Shown here piece after piece: positions 1 through 6,659 of a DNA stretch of 11,954 bases. The notes beneath the pieces were generated by a model. The model searched no databases. It saw only the letters and a program-made list of their open reading frames with translations, and was not told the origin of the DNA. Made by a program: the position numbers and the translations under genes. This DNA comes from Chthoniobacterales bacterium (lineage in GTDB: Bacteria; Verrucomicrobiota; Verrucomicrobiia; Chthoniobacterales; Chthoniobacteraceae). Each line of letters opens with the position of its first letter. Within the stretch, counting starts at the first letter, position 1. Location of the stretch: positions 1 to 11,954 of the forward strand of contig JBBQZX010000046.1 of NCBI GenBank assembly GCA_038207335.1. The letters run 5' to 3'.

Positions 1-14
1 GGAGGGCCGATGGA

Positions 15-164
15 TATTAGCCGGGGGTAACACCCCCGGAATGCCGATACAAAAACGGATGCACCCCGGCAGGGGTGCGGGAAATTGCGCGCCGCTTCCG
101 GCACCCCTGCCGGGGTGCGCGCAAATGTGGGACACGAATCCGGGGGTGTTACCCCCGGCTAATA
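15..164. repeat. 150-bp symmetric array of four palindromic units (A-B-B'-A') upstream of the recombinase
   Basis: 15-40 (TATTAGCCGGGGGTAACACCCCCGGA) is the exact reverse complement of 139-164. 61-78 (GCACCCCGGCAGGGGTGC) is the exact reverse complement of 101-118. Both pairs and the central GCGCGC (87-92) share the axis 89/90, and each unit is itself a hairpin. Confidence 0.92.
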
Positions 165-172
165 AATCAGCA

Positions 173-201
173 TTTACTACCCATGATTTGGCTGGTATCA
201 T
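173..201 (+). promoter_or_regulatory. Putative sigma70-type promoter with extended -10 for the recombinase
   Basis: TTTACT (173-178), a 17-nt spacer, then TATCAT (196-201) preceded by TG at 193-194. It ends 7 nt before the in-frame GTG at 209. Confidence 0.55.
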
Positions 202-208
202 TTGCTTC

Positions 209-1792
209 GTGCCAAAGACATCTACGCAGCTCTCACCCGGCGAACAGCCCGCAAGGAACGCGCACTCAACCCGCAAGCCAAAGGCATACTCCTATCTGCG
301 CTTCTCGACGGCGGACCAGATTCGCGGCGACTCCTTTCGGCGACAAACTGAGCTGGCGCGGACGTGGTGCGAGAGAACGGGCGTCCCGCTGGTCGACAAC
401 TATCGGGATCTCGGGGTTTCGGCATTCCGTGGCGCAAATGCCGACAAAGGAGCGCTGAAAGCGTTTCTGGACAGGGTTGAGAGCGAAGTGATCGAGCCGG
501 GCTCCTATCTGATCGTGGAGAGTCTGGATCGTCTCTCTCGCACCGACATCACTTTTGCGCTCCAGATGTTTTTGGGGCTGATCAACGCAGGGATCGTCGT
601 CGTCACGCTCGCCGATCAGCGGGTTTATGATCGCGAGCGCATCAACGATGGCAATTTCACGGACATCATCATCAGCCTGACGATTCTGAGCCGGGCGAAT
701 GAAGAGAGCCGGATCAAATCGAGTCGCCTCTGTGCGGCGTGGGCAAACAAACGCGAGCGAGCCGGTCAGGAGAAATTGACCGCGCGCTGTCCGGCATGGC
801 TGCGCATGAAGCCGGATCGGACCGGCTTTGAGTTGATCCCGGAAAAAGCCCCAGTCGTGCGCCGCATTTTTGAAATGGCTGCCGCCGGGAAGGGCCAAAA
901 CCATATCGCGCGAGTCTTTGGACGCGAGCAGATCCCCTGCTTCTCCAATGGGGCTCGCTGGTACAGTTCGACGATCAGGGTGATCCTGCACAGCCGGGCG
1001 GTCATCGGAGAGTATCAGCCGAGTAAAATGGTCAGCGGCAAGCGCCAGTTCCTCGAGGGCGTGCCGGATTATTTCCCGGCCGCCGTGCCGATGGATTTGT
1101 TCGCCGCCGTCCAGCGCATGCAGCGGGTGCGCCCGTCCTACCGTGGGCGCGGTCAGACGAATCCAATCGCGGGCCTCACTTACAACGTGATGACCGGCAA
1201 CAAGATGATGCGGGTTTCCAAGGGCAAGGCGAAGAAGTGGACTTACTTGCTCGATGCCGCCGCGCCAACTGGCGGTGCTCCTTACGTGAGTTGGCAGTTC
1301 GAGCAGTTCTTGAAGACCCTTCTGACGGTCTGCGAGACGATCACCACGGCCCCAGCGGCTCCGCAAAAACAGAACACCGAATTGCTCGCCGCTCTTAAGC
1401 GCATCGATGAGATGGAAATCCAGATTCCGCGTCTCGTGGAGTTCGTGGCGACGGGATTTTCGGCTTCCGTGGATCAGAAACTCCGCGAACTGGAAAAGGA
1501 GAAGGATGTGCTGGAAAAGCACATCGCCGAGATGCAATCCGATGAGAAAGCGGCAGACATCGACGTTGGGAGGATCGACTGGCAAGACACGGAGAGGCTC
1601 AAGGAAAATGCGCGAGCCGTCATCCGTCGGGTCGACGTCCATCCGGTCGAACGCTGGTTCAAGGTCACCACGTTCGATGGCCGAGAGGTGATCTACCGGG
1701 AGGATGGCGACGAGATCGAGATCGTATCCTCAGAAACGCCAGCATTGCTAAAGAGAGACGCGATGCCAGCAGCGGGTCGCTCCAAACAATAG
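209..1792 (+). CDS. Large serine recombinase/integrase (resolvase catalytic domain, recombinase domain, degenerate zinc ribbon, coiled coil)
   Basis: Catalytic motif AYSYLRFSTADQIRGDSFRRQ, followed by YRDLGVSAF, LIVESLDRLSR, the E-helix RANEESRIKSSR, and recombinase-domain VVRRIFEM...IARVF...WYSSTIRVILHSRAVIG...YFPAAV. The ORF is open from 41, but codons in 41-208 run through the palindrome array, so GTG 209 is the likelier start. Confidence 0.93.
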   Translation: MPKTSTQLSPGEQPARNAHSTRKPKAYSYLRFSTADQIRGDSFRRQTELARTWCERTGVPLVDNYRDLGVSAFRGANADKGALKAFLDRVESEVIEPGSYLIVESLDRLSRTDITFALQMFLGLINAGIVVVTLADQRVYDRERINDGNFTDIIISLTILSRANEESRIKSSRLCAAWANKRERAGQEKLTARCPAWLRMKPDRTGFELIPEKAPVVRRIFEMAAAGKGQNHIARVFGREQIPCFSNGARWYSSTIRVILHSRAVIGEYQPSKMVSGKRQFLEGVPDYFPAAVPMDLFAAVQRMQRVRPSYRGRGQTNPIAGLTYNVMTGNKMMRVSKGKAKKWTYLLDAAAPTGGAPYVSWQFEQFLKTLLTVCETITTAPAAPQKQNTELLAALKRIDEMEIQIPRLVEFVATGFSASVDQKLRELEKEKDVLEKHIAEMQSDEKAADIDVGRIDWQDTERLKENARAVIRRVDVHPVERWFKVTTFDGREVIYREDGDEIEIVSSETPALLKRDAMPAAGRSKQ

Positions 1793-1820
1793 CCGACGGG
1801 ACGAGTGTTCCCGCGGGACA

Positions 1821-2180
1821 TCAGGGGAGCGGACGCCGCTCCAGCCGCTCCAACACCTTGTCCATGACGAGCAGCACCTTCTCAGTGACGACGAGCATCT
1901 TGGAGTGGTCGCCTTCCATGTAGGAGATGAGCTTGTTGGTTGCGTCGGCGTTCACACTGCGCTGGCTTTCGAGCTGATTGAGCATCCAGCGGACAATGAA
2001 GGACCAGCTCGCGATTGAAATTGCGGCCAGCGCGAGGAACCAATAGGCGATGTTTTTGCTGGCGAGATAATCGATTTCCGACTCGAACGGAATTGCGCCG
2101 GTCGCCACGCCAACCGCACCGAGAGCAACGCTGGGAAGAACGGCAACGAGTAGGATGGCAAGAGTGAGACGTATCTTCAT
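1821..2180 (-). CDS. Small membrane protein, holin-like (signal/TM segment, second TM, coiled coil)
   Basis: 119 aa. Hydrophobic N-terminus MKIRLTLAILLVAVLPSVALG, a second TM IAYWFLALAAISIASWSFIVRWML, then an amphipathic coiled coil reminiscent of BhlA/UviB-type holins. Last gene of the module, preceded by the TTGACG-N13-ATG motif. Confidence 0.55.
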   Translation of the reverse strand: MKIRLTLAILLVAVLPSVALGAVGVATGAIPFESEIDYLASKNIAYWFLALAAISIASWSFIVRWMLNQLESQRSVNADATNKLISYMEGDHSKMLVVTEKVLLVMDKVLERLERRPLP

Positions 2181-2181
2181 C

Positions 2182-2874
2182 TTACTGCACGCACGTCAAA
2201 TTCTCGTCCTCGCAAAACGGTGGCAGAAGGTGGCGGAACCAGCACTGAGACCCATCGGAAAAATAGTTGCTGTAACAAGTGTCTGTGAGGTCGGAATACT
2301 CGACGGCCTGCCAGGCGAGATTGGGGTGAGCGGCGTAGGTCGGAATGATCCCGTGAAGGCTGGAGAGAAGCACATCACTGTGCAGTTCACCGACGGTGCC
2401 CTTGGCACCACCCCGCATCGAAGCTCTCACGACAGCGTAGTAGTTGCGGCGCACGGCAAAGGCGTGCCCATCGAGTGCGCGACTAACCCGGAAGAGGCCG
2501 GGCGCGACTGCCTCCGGTGTCTCGATGTGCTGGCAACCGAAATAGAAGATGCTCCAATCATCGGGCATCGTGAGTGCCTCGACCCGATCGAGGAACTCGG
2601 GATGGAAAACGGCATCGTCCTCGAAGATGAGCACGGCCTCGGCATTGCGGCGTTCGGCCTCGCGAAGGATGAGACGTTTGCCGAGCGCGAGCGAGCGTTT
2701 GCGGACGTCGAGAAAGCCGCGGGGGTCGCCGCGGAGTGAGTTGGCGTCCACGCCCTTGAACCATTCGGCATCGAGGTTTGCCGCCGCGAATCTCGGCAGA
2801 AACCGCTCACGTCGGTCGGTGCGTGATTCAAGGCTGATGAACACGCGGAACGGAAAGGTCGCCCGGATGTCCAC
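2182..2874 (-). CDS. Glycosyltransferase family 25 (Lex2B/LgtB-like)
   Basis: GT25 N-terminal signature FISLESRTDRRERF...WFKGVD, the acidic motif VLIFEDDAVF, and DWSIFYFG. Its GTG start lies 3 nt after the upstream stop. Confidence 0.85.
   Translation of the reverse strand: MDIRATFPFRVFISLESRTDRRERFLPRFAAANLDAEWFKGVDANSLRGDPRGFLDVRKRSLALGKRLILREAERRNAEAVLIFEDDAVFHPEFLDRVEALTMPDDWSIFYFGCQHIETPEAVAPGLFRVSRALDGHAFAVRRNYYAVVRASMRGGAKGTVGELHSDVLLSSLHGIIPTYAAHPNLAWQAVEYSDLTDTCYSNYFSDGSQCWFRHLLPPFCEDENLTCVQ
2194..2200 (-). promoter_or_regulatory. TTTGACG motif 13 nt upstream of the holin-like ATG
   Basis: Minus strand reads TTTGACG TGCGTGCAGTAAG ATG(2180). Confidence 0.65.
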
Positions 2875-2877
2875 GGT

Positions 2878-3627
2878 TCAGCCGAAATTCACGCGCACCC
2901 GCACGTTCGCGCAGGGTTGGCCGGCGTTGGCGATGGACTTTTCGCCGGCGAGCGTAACTGCGGCGATCCGGCGACTGATGGCGAGACTGCTTGTCTTGTC
3001 TTTTGCGCCTTCGGCGAAGACGCGCTCGCAGTCGCCGTGGCGGCGAAACGCGGCGAAGTTGTCCGGCGTCATGACGACCTCAAGTCCCGCGGCCTCGGCG
3101 CGCAGCAAGAGGTCATTGTCCTCCCAACCCCAGGATCGGATCCGCTCGTCGTAGCCCCCGAGCGCGAGCCAGTCTGATTTGCGCAATGCGATTCGGCCGA
3201 AGCCGCCGCCGCACGTAAGAGGGCTCATGCTGGTGATGCGGCGGCCGTCCCTCGTGAAGACCTCGCGAAGCCATGCGGAAAAGCCCGGCAAGACCCAATT
3301 GTCGGCGTCGAGATTGCAAACAACCGGAAGGCGCGCACAGAAGTGGGCGATGTTCTTCGCGCGCGTCGGATGCCACGGCTGCGGACCTTCATCGAGCTGC
3401 ACGAAACGCAGCCGGCCCGCGCGGATTTCGGGCGTCAGTTCCGCCCGGACCCAGTCCGCCAATCCGTCCTGAGAATCGTAGTCGAGCAGGACAATTTCAT
3501 CGCCGGGCAGCAGGCTTTCGAGCGTGCGGGGAAGCGACTCGCGAAGGTGGTGCAGTCGGCCCTTGCAGGTCGTGCAAAAGCTGATGCCCGGTCGGTTCGG
3601 CGGAGGAATGGGAGCTGGCGTATTCAC
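2878..3627 (-). CDS. Glycosyltransferase family 2 with GT7 C-terminal-like motif
   Basis: ISFCTTCKGRLHHL, EIVLLDYDSQDG, RAKNIA, the DxD motif NLDADN, and the GGYDERIRSWGWEDNDL motif typical of Glyco_transf_7C. Confidence 0.88.
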   Translation of the reverse strand: MNTPAPIPPPNRPGISFCTTCKGRLHHLRESLPRTLESLLPGDEIVLLDYDSQDGLADWVRAELTPEIRAGRLRFVQLDEGPQPWHPTRAKNIAHFCARLPVVCNLDADNWVLPGFSAWLREVFTRDGRRITSMSPLTCGGGFGRIALRKSDWLALGGYDERIRSWGWEDNDLLLRAEAAGLEVVMTPDNFAAFRRHGDCERVFAEGAKDKTSSLAISRRIAAVTLAGEKSIANAGQPCANVRVRVNFG

Positions 3628-4456
3628 AGCCGCCGCGAGGTGTCAAAGCCTCGACCTGCGGCCACATCGCGAGGAAGCGTGCGTAGGCTTCCGGGAAGTC
3701 GTGGGCGAGCCGCTGCTCGGCGCGAGCGATCAGTTCAGGGTCACGTTTTGCGCCGCCGGTGAGATGCGCATATCCCGCTTTGGCAATCTGCTTCCGCGTG
3801 GGATGCAGCGGCAAAAGCGTGCCCACCTCCACGCCGACGCGCTGCGCAAAAACGCCGAGCTGATACTGCTCGACGAGCATCGAAGTCGTGGTGCCGTTGA
3901 GCGGGCTGTCGCGAAACTTTTGCGCGAGCTCGAGGCCCGCCCACGCGTAAGCGCGCACGAGTGCGACGTCATGGCCGCCGAGCAGTCCGCCGTTGAATGC
4001 GGGCGCCCCGTGCGGGAAGCCGGCGATCCGCTGAGCCGCAAGCATGTCGGGCGAAGTGTAGTAATGGGCGTAATCCGGCGACTGGGCGATCAGGCGGAAT
4101 CGCTCGACCCGTTTTGGCAACGGTTTGAAGATGAGTACGTCGCCGTCGAACTGCACAAACGGCTGCTCCTGGACAGCACATGCGAGAAGTTTTCCGAGCG
4201 CCCAAATGTGCGTGAGCCCATCGGTCGGCCAGCTTTCGAGCGCCGTTGAAATGTTCGTAAATGGCCAGCCGAAAAGCTTCGCAATGGCTGCGCCGCGAAT
4301 GTCGGTGACGAATTCCGTTTCCTCGAAGGCGCGCGCTGCGAGGCATGTTGCCAGCGTCTGAATCAACATCGGACCTCGATGCACGCTGAACATCGGCGTC
4401 TTCGTCCAAAGGCTCATGACGCCACGGAGGCATCGGCAGATACGAGGTGGCAACAT
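3497..4456 (-). CDS. DUF6734-like putative nucleotide-diphospho-sugar transferase (GT-A-like)
   Basis: Motif order SLWTK...FVTDIRG...WALGKLLA...EQPFVQFDGDVLIF...FNGGLLGG...LVEQYQL matches DUF6734 proteins as recalled (no search run), including a DxD (DGD) motif. The last ~43 codons overlap the GT2 gene. Confidence 0.7.
   Translation of the reverse strand: MLPPRICRCLRGVMSLWTKTPMFSVHRGPMLIQTLATCLAARAFEETEFVTDIRGAAIAKLFGWPFTNISTALESWPTDGLTHIWALGKLLACAVQEQPFVQFDGDVLIFKPLPKRVERFRLIAQSPDYAHYYTSPDMLAAQRIAGFPHGAPAFNGGLLGGHDVALVRAYAWAGLELAQKFRDSPLNGTTTSMLVEQYQLGVFAQRVGVEVGTLLPLHPTRKQIAKAGYAHLTGGAKRDPELIARAEQRLAHDFPEAYARFLAMWPQVEALTPRGGCEYASSHSSAEPTGHQLLHDLQGPTAPPSRVASPHARKPAARR
3641..3647 (-). promoter_or_regulatory. 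TTTGACA motif 13 nt upstream of the GT2 GTG
   Basis: Minus strand reads TTTGACA CCTCGCGGCGGCT GTG(3627). Confidence 0.65.
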
Positions 4457-4469
4457 TCCGCTCTCGCGC

Positions 4470-4476
4470 TGTCAAA
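4470..4476 (-). promoter_or_regulatory. TTTGACA motif 13 nt upstream of the DUF6734-like ATG
   Basis: Minus strand reads TTTGACA GCGCGAGAGCGGA ATG(4456). Confidence 0.65.
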
Positions 4477-4481
4477 GCGGG

Positions 4482-4955
4482 TCAGATGAGAAAGCTGCCT
4501 AGCGCCGGTGCTGGCACGAAGAGCGGGGTTAGAGGCGTTGCGCGGACGTAGCCATCGATGGGTGCAAAGTGTGAGATTGCAGCAAGTTCAATCAACGCTG
4601 GCGCGCCATTGATTGAAGAGAGGATCGCGCCACGCGGGAACCGGCAGACCGGCAAGCGATCCACGTTGAGCCACCGCACGCAGTAGTGGAATGGATGGGT
4701 GTAAGGCAGCGTCTGCGGATCGCGCATCCGCACAGCTCGGCCGGCCGCATCGGCGAGCGCACGTGCAAATGGCACTGCCATTTTGGAAGGCAGCAACAGC
4801 AGCTCGATAGCTTCGCCAGCCATCGACGTCCTCCGCGCATCGCTGCCAGTCAGGCCCACCGTGCCGATCGAAAACGTCCGCGCGAGCCGCGAGATCAAGG
4901 CGCAGAGCTGATCAGGGGCCTGTTTCAGTTCCGCGCTTTTGTGTGGTGCAGCCAT
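4482..4955 (-). CDS. Hypothetical protein with a degenerate minimal nucleotidyltransferase (MNT/PolB)-like N-terminal domain
   Basis: LARTFSIGTVGLTGSDARRTSMAGEAIELLLL...ALADAAGRAVRM resembles the MNT consensus (GLFGSxARG...SDIDLLV...LGRxVD). The ORF is open to 5030; ATG 4955 is preferred because it reduces the overlap with the upstream gene. Confidence 0.5.
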   Translation of the reverse strand: MAAPHKSAELKQAPDQLCALISRLARTFSIGTVGLTGSDARRTSMAGEAIELLLLPSKMAVPFARALADAAGRAVRMRDPQTLPYTHPFHYCVRWLNVDRLPVCRFPRGAILSSINGAPALIELAAISHFAPIDGYVRATPLTPLFVPAPALGSFLI

Positions 4956-6018
4956 GGAGGTCGGTTTGGGTGGTCGTCGATCCGTCGTAGACGATGCCGA
5001 GCTTGTGCGGCTCGACGTTGCTGATCCCACCTTGCGCGCTGACCTGGCAGGTTACTGAGCCGGGCGCATCGACGTGCAGCTTGACCGTCGTGGTCTGTCC
5101 GTCGGGAACGGACGTCGTGAGCTGCGTGCGATTGCCCGGCGGATTGTAGTCCTTGCCGTAAACGATCCCGATCTCCGTGCCCGGCTCCGGGTTGATCGCA
5201 TACTTGCGCGTCACTGTGTAGCTATCGGAGAAATCCCAGCCGGTTTCCGTGCTCTCGGATCCCTGTGGCGGACAACGATGAGAATCTTCCTCGTCACCGG
5301 TCCATGTGAAGGCGGTCTTGATGCAGTCCTTCACGTCGCACGTCTTCTCGCCGGAGCCGGTCCACGCATGGATGCCGTCGCCTGCGGAAGCCGTTGCCGT
5401 CGCGGTAACGACCTGCCCCGCGCTGACTTTGCCGGTGAACGAGAATCCCTGCGTCCCGCCAGGAGCGAGGGCGCCGAGCTTGGTTTTTCCAAAGCAGGTC
5501 ACCGAGATCGTCGCGACCTTCAGTTTGCCGTCGCCCGGATCTGGCACCGTCACATTCACAAGCGCAGTGCAAGGACGTGGCGATTCAATGAAGCAGCCCG
5601 GCCCATCGATGTTGGGATCAAGATCGACGGTCACGAGCGGAGTGTAATCGCCCCAAGGCACCCGCTTCCTCGGCGGCTTCGGCGAATGCGGACCACCTCC
5701 TCCGCCACTGCCGCCGCCCGAAATGCCCCAACTTCCCGAGCCGCCGCTGTCGCTGCCGCCTCCGCCTGAGCTGCCGCCGCCGGAACCGATCCCGCCATCG
5801 CTGCTACCGGTGCCATCGGAATTGCCGCCGCCGCCGCCGCTCCCACCTGAGCCATTGCCGCCATCGCCCGGCGGATTACTTCCACCGTCACCGCCGCCGG
5901 GCGGATCGATCACTGGCGGCTGGCATGTTGTTTGGGCGCGGGAGTCAACGTTGTCAGGAAATCCGTCATGCAAGCCCCCGTCTCCGACGTAAGTCGTTGA
6001 TGGAGAGGCTGTGGAAAG
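4912..6018 (-). CDS. Gly/Ser-rich, Cys-containing putative virion/tail protein with beta-sandwich-like C-terminus; 5' end uncertain or truncated
   Basis: Protein-like from about 6018 downward: a Gly/Ser linker, then Thr/Val/Gly-rich beta-strand patterns, with 9 Cys in total. The 6019-6342 part of the 476-aa ORF is an off-frame shadow of the upstream gene. A TTG at 5973 is a possible alternative start. Confidence 0.62.
   Translation of the reverse strand, partial: LSTASPSTTYVGDGGLHDGFPDNVDSRAQTTCQPPVIDPPGGGDGGSNPPGDGGNGSGGSGGGGGNSDGTGSSDGGIGSGGGSSGGGGSDSGGSGSWGISGGGSGGGGGPHSPKPPRKRVPWGDYTPLVTVDLDPNIDGPGCFIESPRPCTALVNVTVPDPGDGKLKVATISVTCFGKTKLGALAPGGTQGFSFTGKVSAGQVVTATATASAGDGIHAWTGSGEKTCDVKDCIKTAFTWTGDEEDSHRCPPQGSESTETGWDFSDSYTVTRKYAINPEPGTEIGIVYGKDYNPPGNRTQLTTSVPDGQTTTVKLHVDAPGSVTCQVSAQGGISNVEPHKLGIVYDGSTTTQTDLHGCTTQKRGTETGP
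5692..5898 (-). repeat. Low-complexity Gly/Ser tract (~69 codons)
   Basis: Encodes GGGDGGSNPPGDGGNGSGGSGGGGGNSDGTGSSDGGIGSGGGSSGGGGSDSGGSGSWGISGGGSGGGGG; appears as (CCG)n runs on the + strand. Confidence 0.9.
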
Positions 6019-6659
6019 TATTCCTCGGTGATCTCCACGGCGTTGCCCTTGCGCTTGATCTTCGGTGCCATCTTCAGCCAGGTCCGCTTCTTGGCCGCGC
6101 CGGGTATCTTGAACTGCTCGATACCCGGTGGCTTGTCCACGATTGTGCCGATGCCACGGAGGATCGAAGGTGGGATGGTCTTTGCCGCGTAGGTCTTGCG
6201 GAACACCGCGCCGACAACCAGCCAGTTGTCCACGCCGAACATCGGGTTCTTCTTCGGCTTTTTGCCGCTGCCGCTGAGTGCGGTCTGCTGGGCGCTCGAC
6301 TCGGGCAACGTCTCCGCGAATTGCTCCTTTGCTGCGTCCCACGCGTAGCGAGTTTTGAGCGTGTCGAAGAACGGATGCGTCTGAATCGGATCTTCGGCCA
6401 TCGAAGTATCCAGTTCGAACGTCACTTGGTCGTCCTTGGGCTCGTCGCTCAGACCCTCAAAGTGCAGCGTCACCTTGAAGCTGCCGTCGTCTTCCTGCGC
6501 GAAGGATCGCGAACGATACGGAATGCCGATGCCGAGATTCGGCAGCACGCTCAGCGCGTCCGCGAGTGTCTCGACGAACATCGGAACCTCGATGGTTGCG
6601 ACGCCCGTTTCGGAAATGCCGCCGGTGATCCCGGTCGTTGGAAGTGGAGCAGTGCTCAT
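5910..6659 (-). CDS. Phage tail-associated hypothetical protein following the tape measure gene (distal-tail position); C-terminus possibly disrupted
   Basis: ATGA overlap with the tape measure stop (6656-6659). Globular, GC3-rich sequence up to EITEEY (~6018), after which codon usage in this frame degrades. Confidence 0.68.
   Translation of the reverse strand: MSTAPLPTTGITGGISETGVATIEVPMFVETLADALSVLPNLGIGIPYRSRSFAQEDDGSFKVTLHFEGLSDEPKDDQVTFELDTSMAEDPIQTHPFFDTLKTRYAWDAAKEQFAETLPESSAQQTALSGSGKKPKKNPMFGVDNWLVVGAVFRKTYAAKTIPPSILRGIGTIVDKPPGIEQFKIPGAAKKRTWLKMAPKIKRKGNAVEITEEYFPQPLHQRLTSETGACMTDFLTTLTPAPKQHASRQ

Noticed and set aside
15..164. CRISPR array (palindromic units with a ~40-bp period)
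   Set aside because: The units are of two types arranged as inverted pairs, not identical direct repeats. Spacers are only ~20 bp and there are no cas genes.
41..208. N-terminal 56-aa extension of the recombinase
   Set aside because: It translates the palindrome array and promoter, and the catalytic domain starts well downstream.
266..1642. 458-aa minus-strand ORF
   Set aside because: Antisense shadow of the recombinase; long shadow ORFs are common in high-GC DNA, and it has no motifs.
1809..1818. Palindrome TCCCGCGGGA between convergent genes as a terminator
   Set aside because: The stem is short, with no proper loop and no U-tract on either strand.
5924..5948. Fifth TTGAC motif (TTGACT-N16-ATG)
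   Set aside because: Wrong spacing, and the ATG opens only a 12-codon ORF out of frame with the Gly-rich gene. TTGAC copies near 6880, 7454 and 11777 also have no correctly spaced gene start.
5723..5992. Pro-rich 89-aa plus-strand ORF
   Set aside because: It is the antisense reading of the Gly codon tract.
6010..6025. Canonical programmed -1 frameshift site
   Set aside because: GAA TAC TTT CCA is not an X XXY YYZ slippery heptamer, and the classic tail-chaperone frameshift lies upstream of the tape measure gene, not downstream.
6019..6342. N-terminal part of the 476-aa ORF as real coding sequence
   Set aside because: It is an Arg/Gln-rich off-frame translation lying wholly inside the better-supported 5910-6659 gene.
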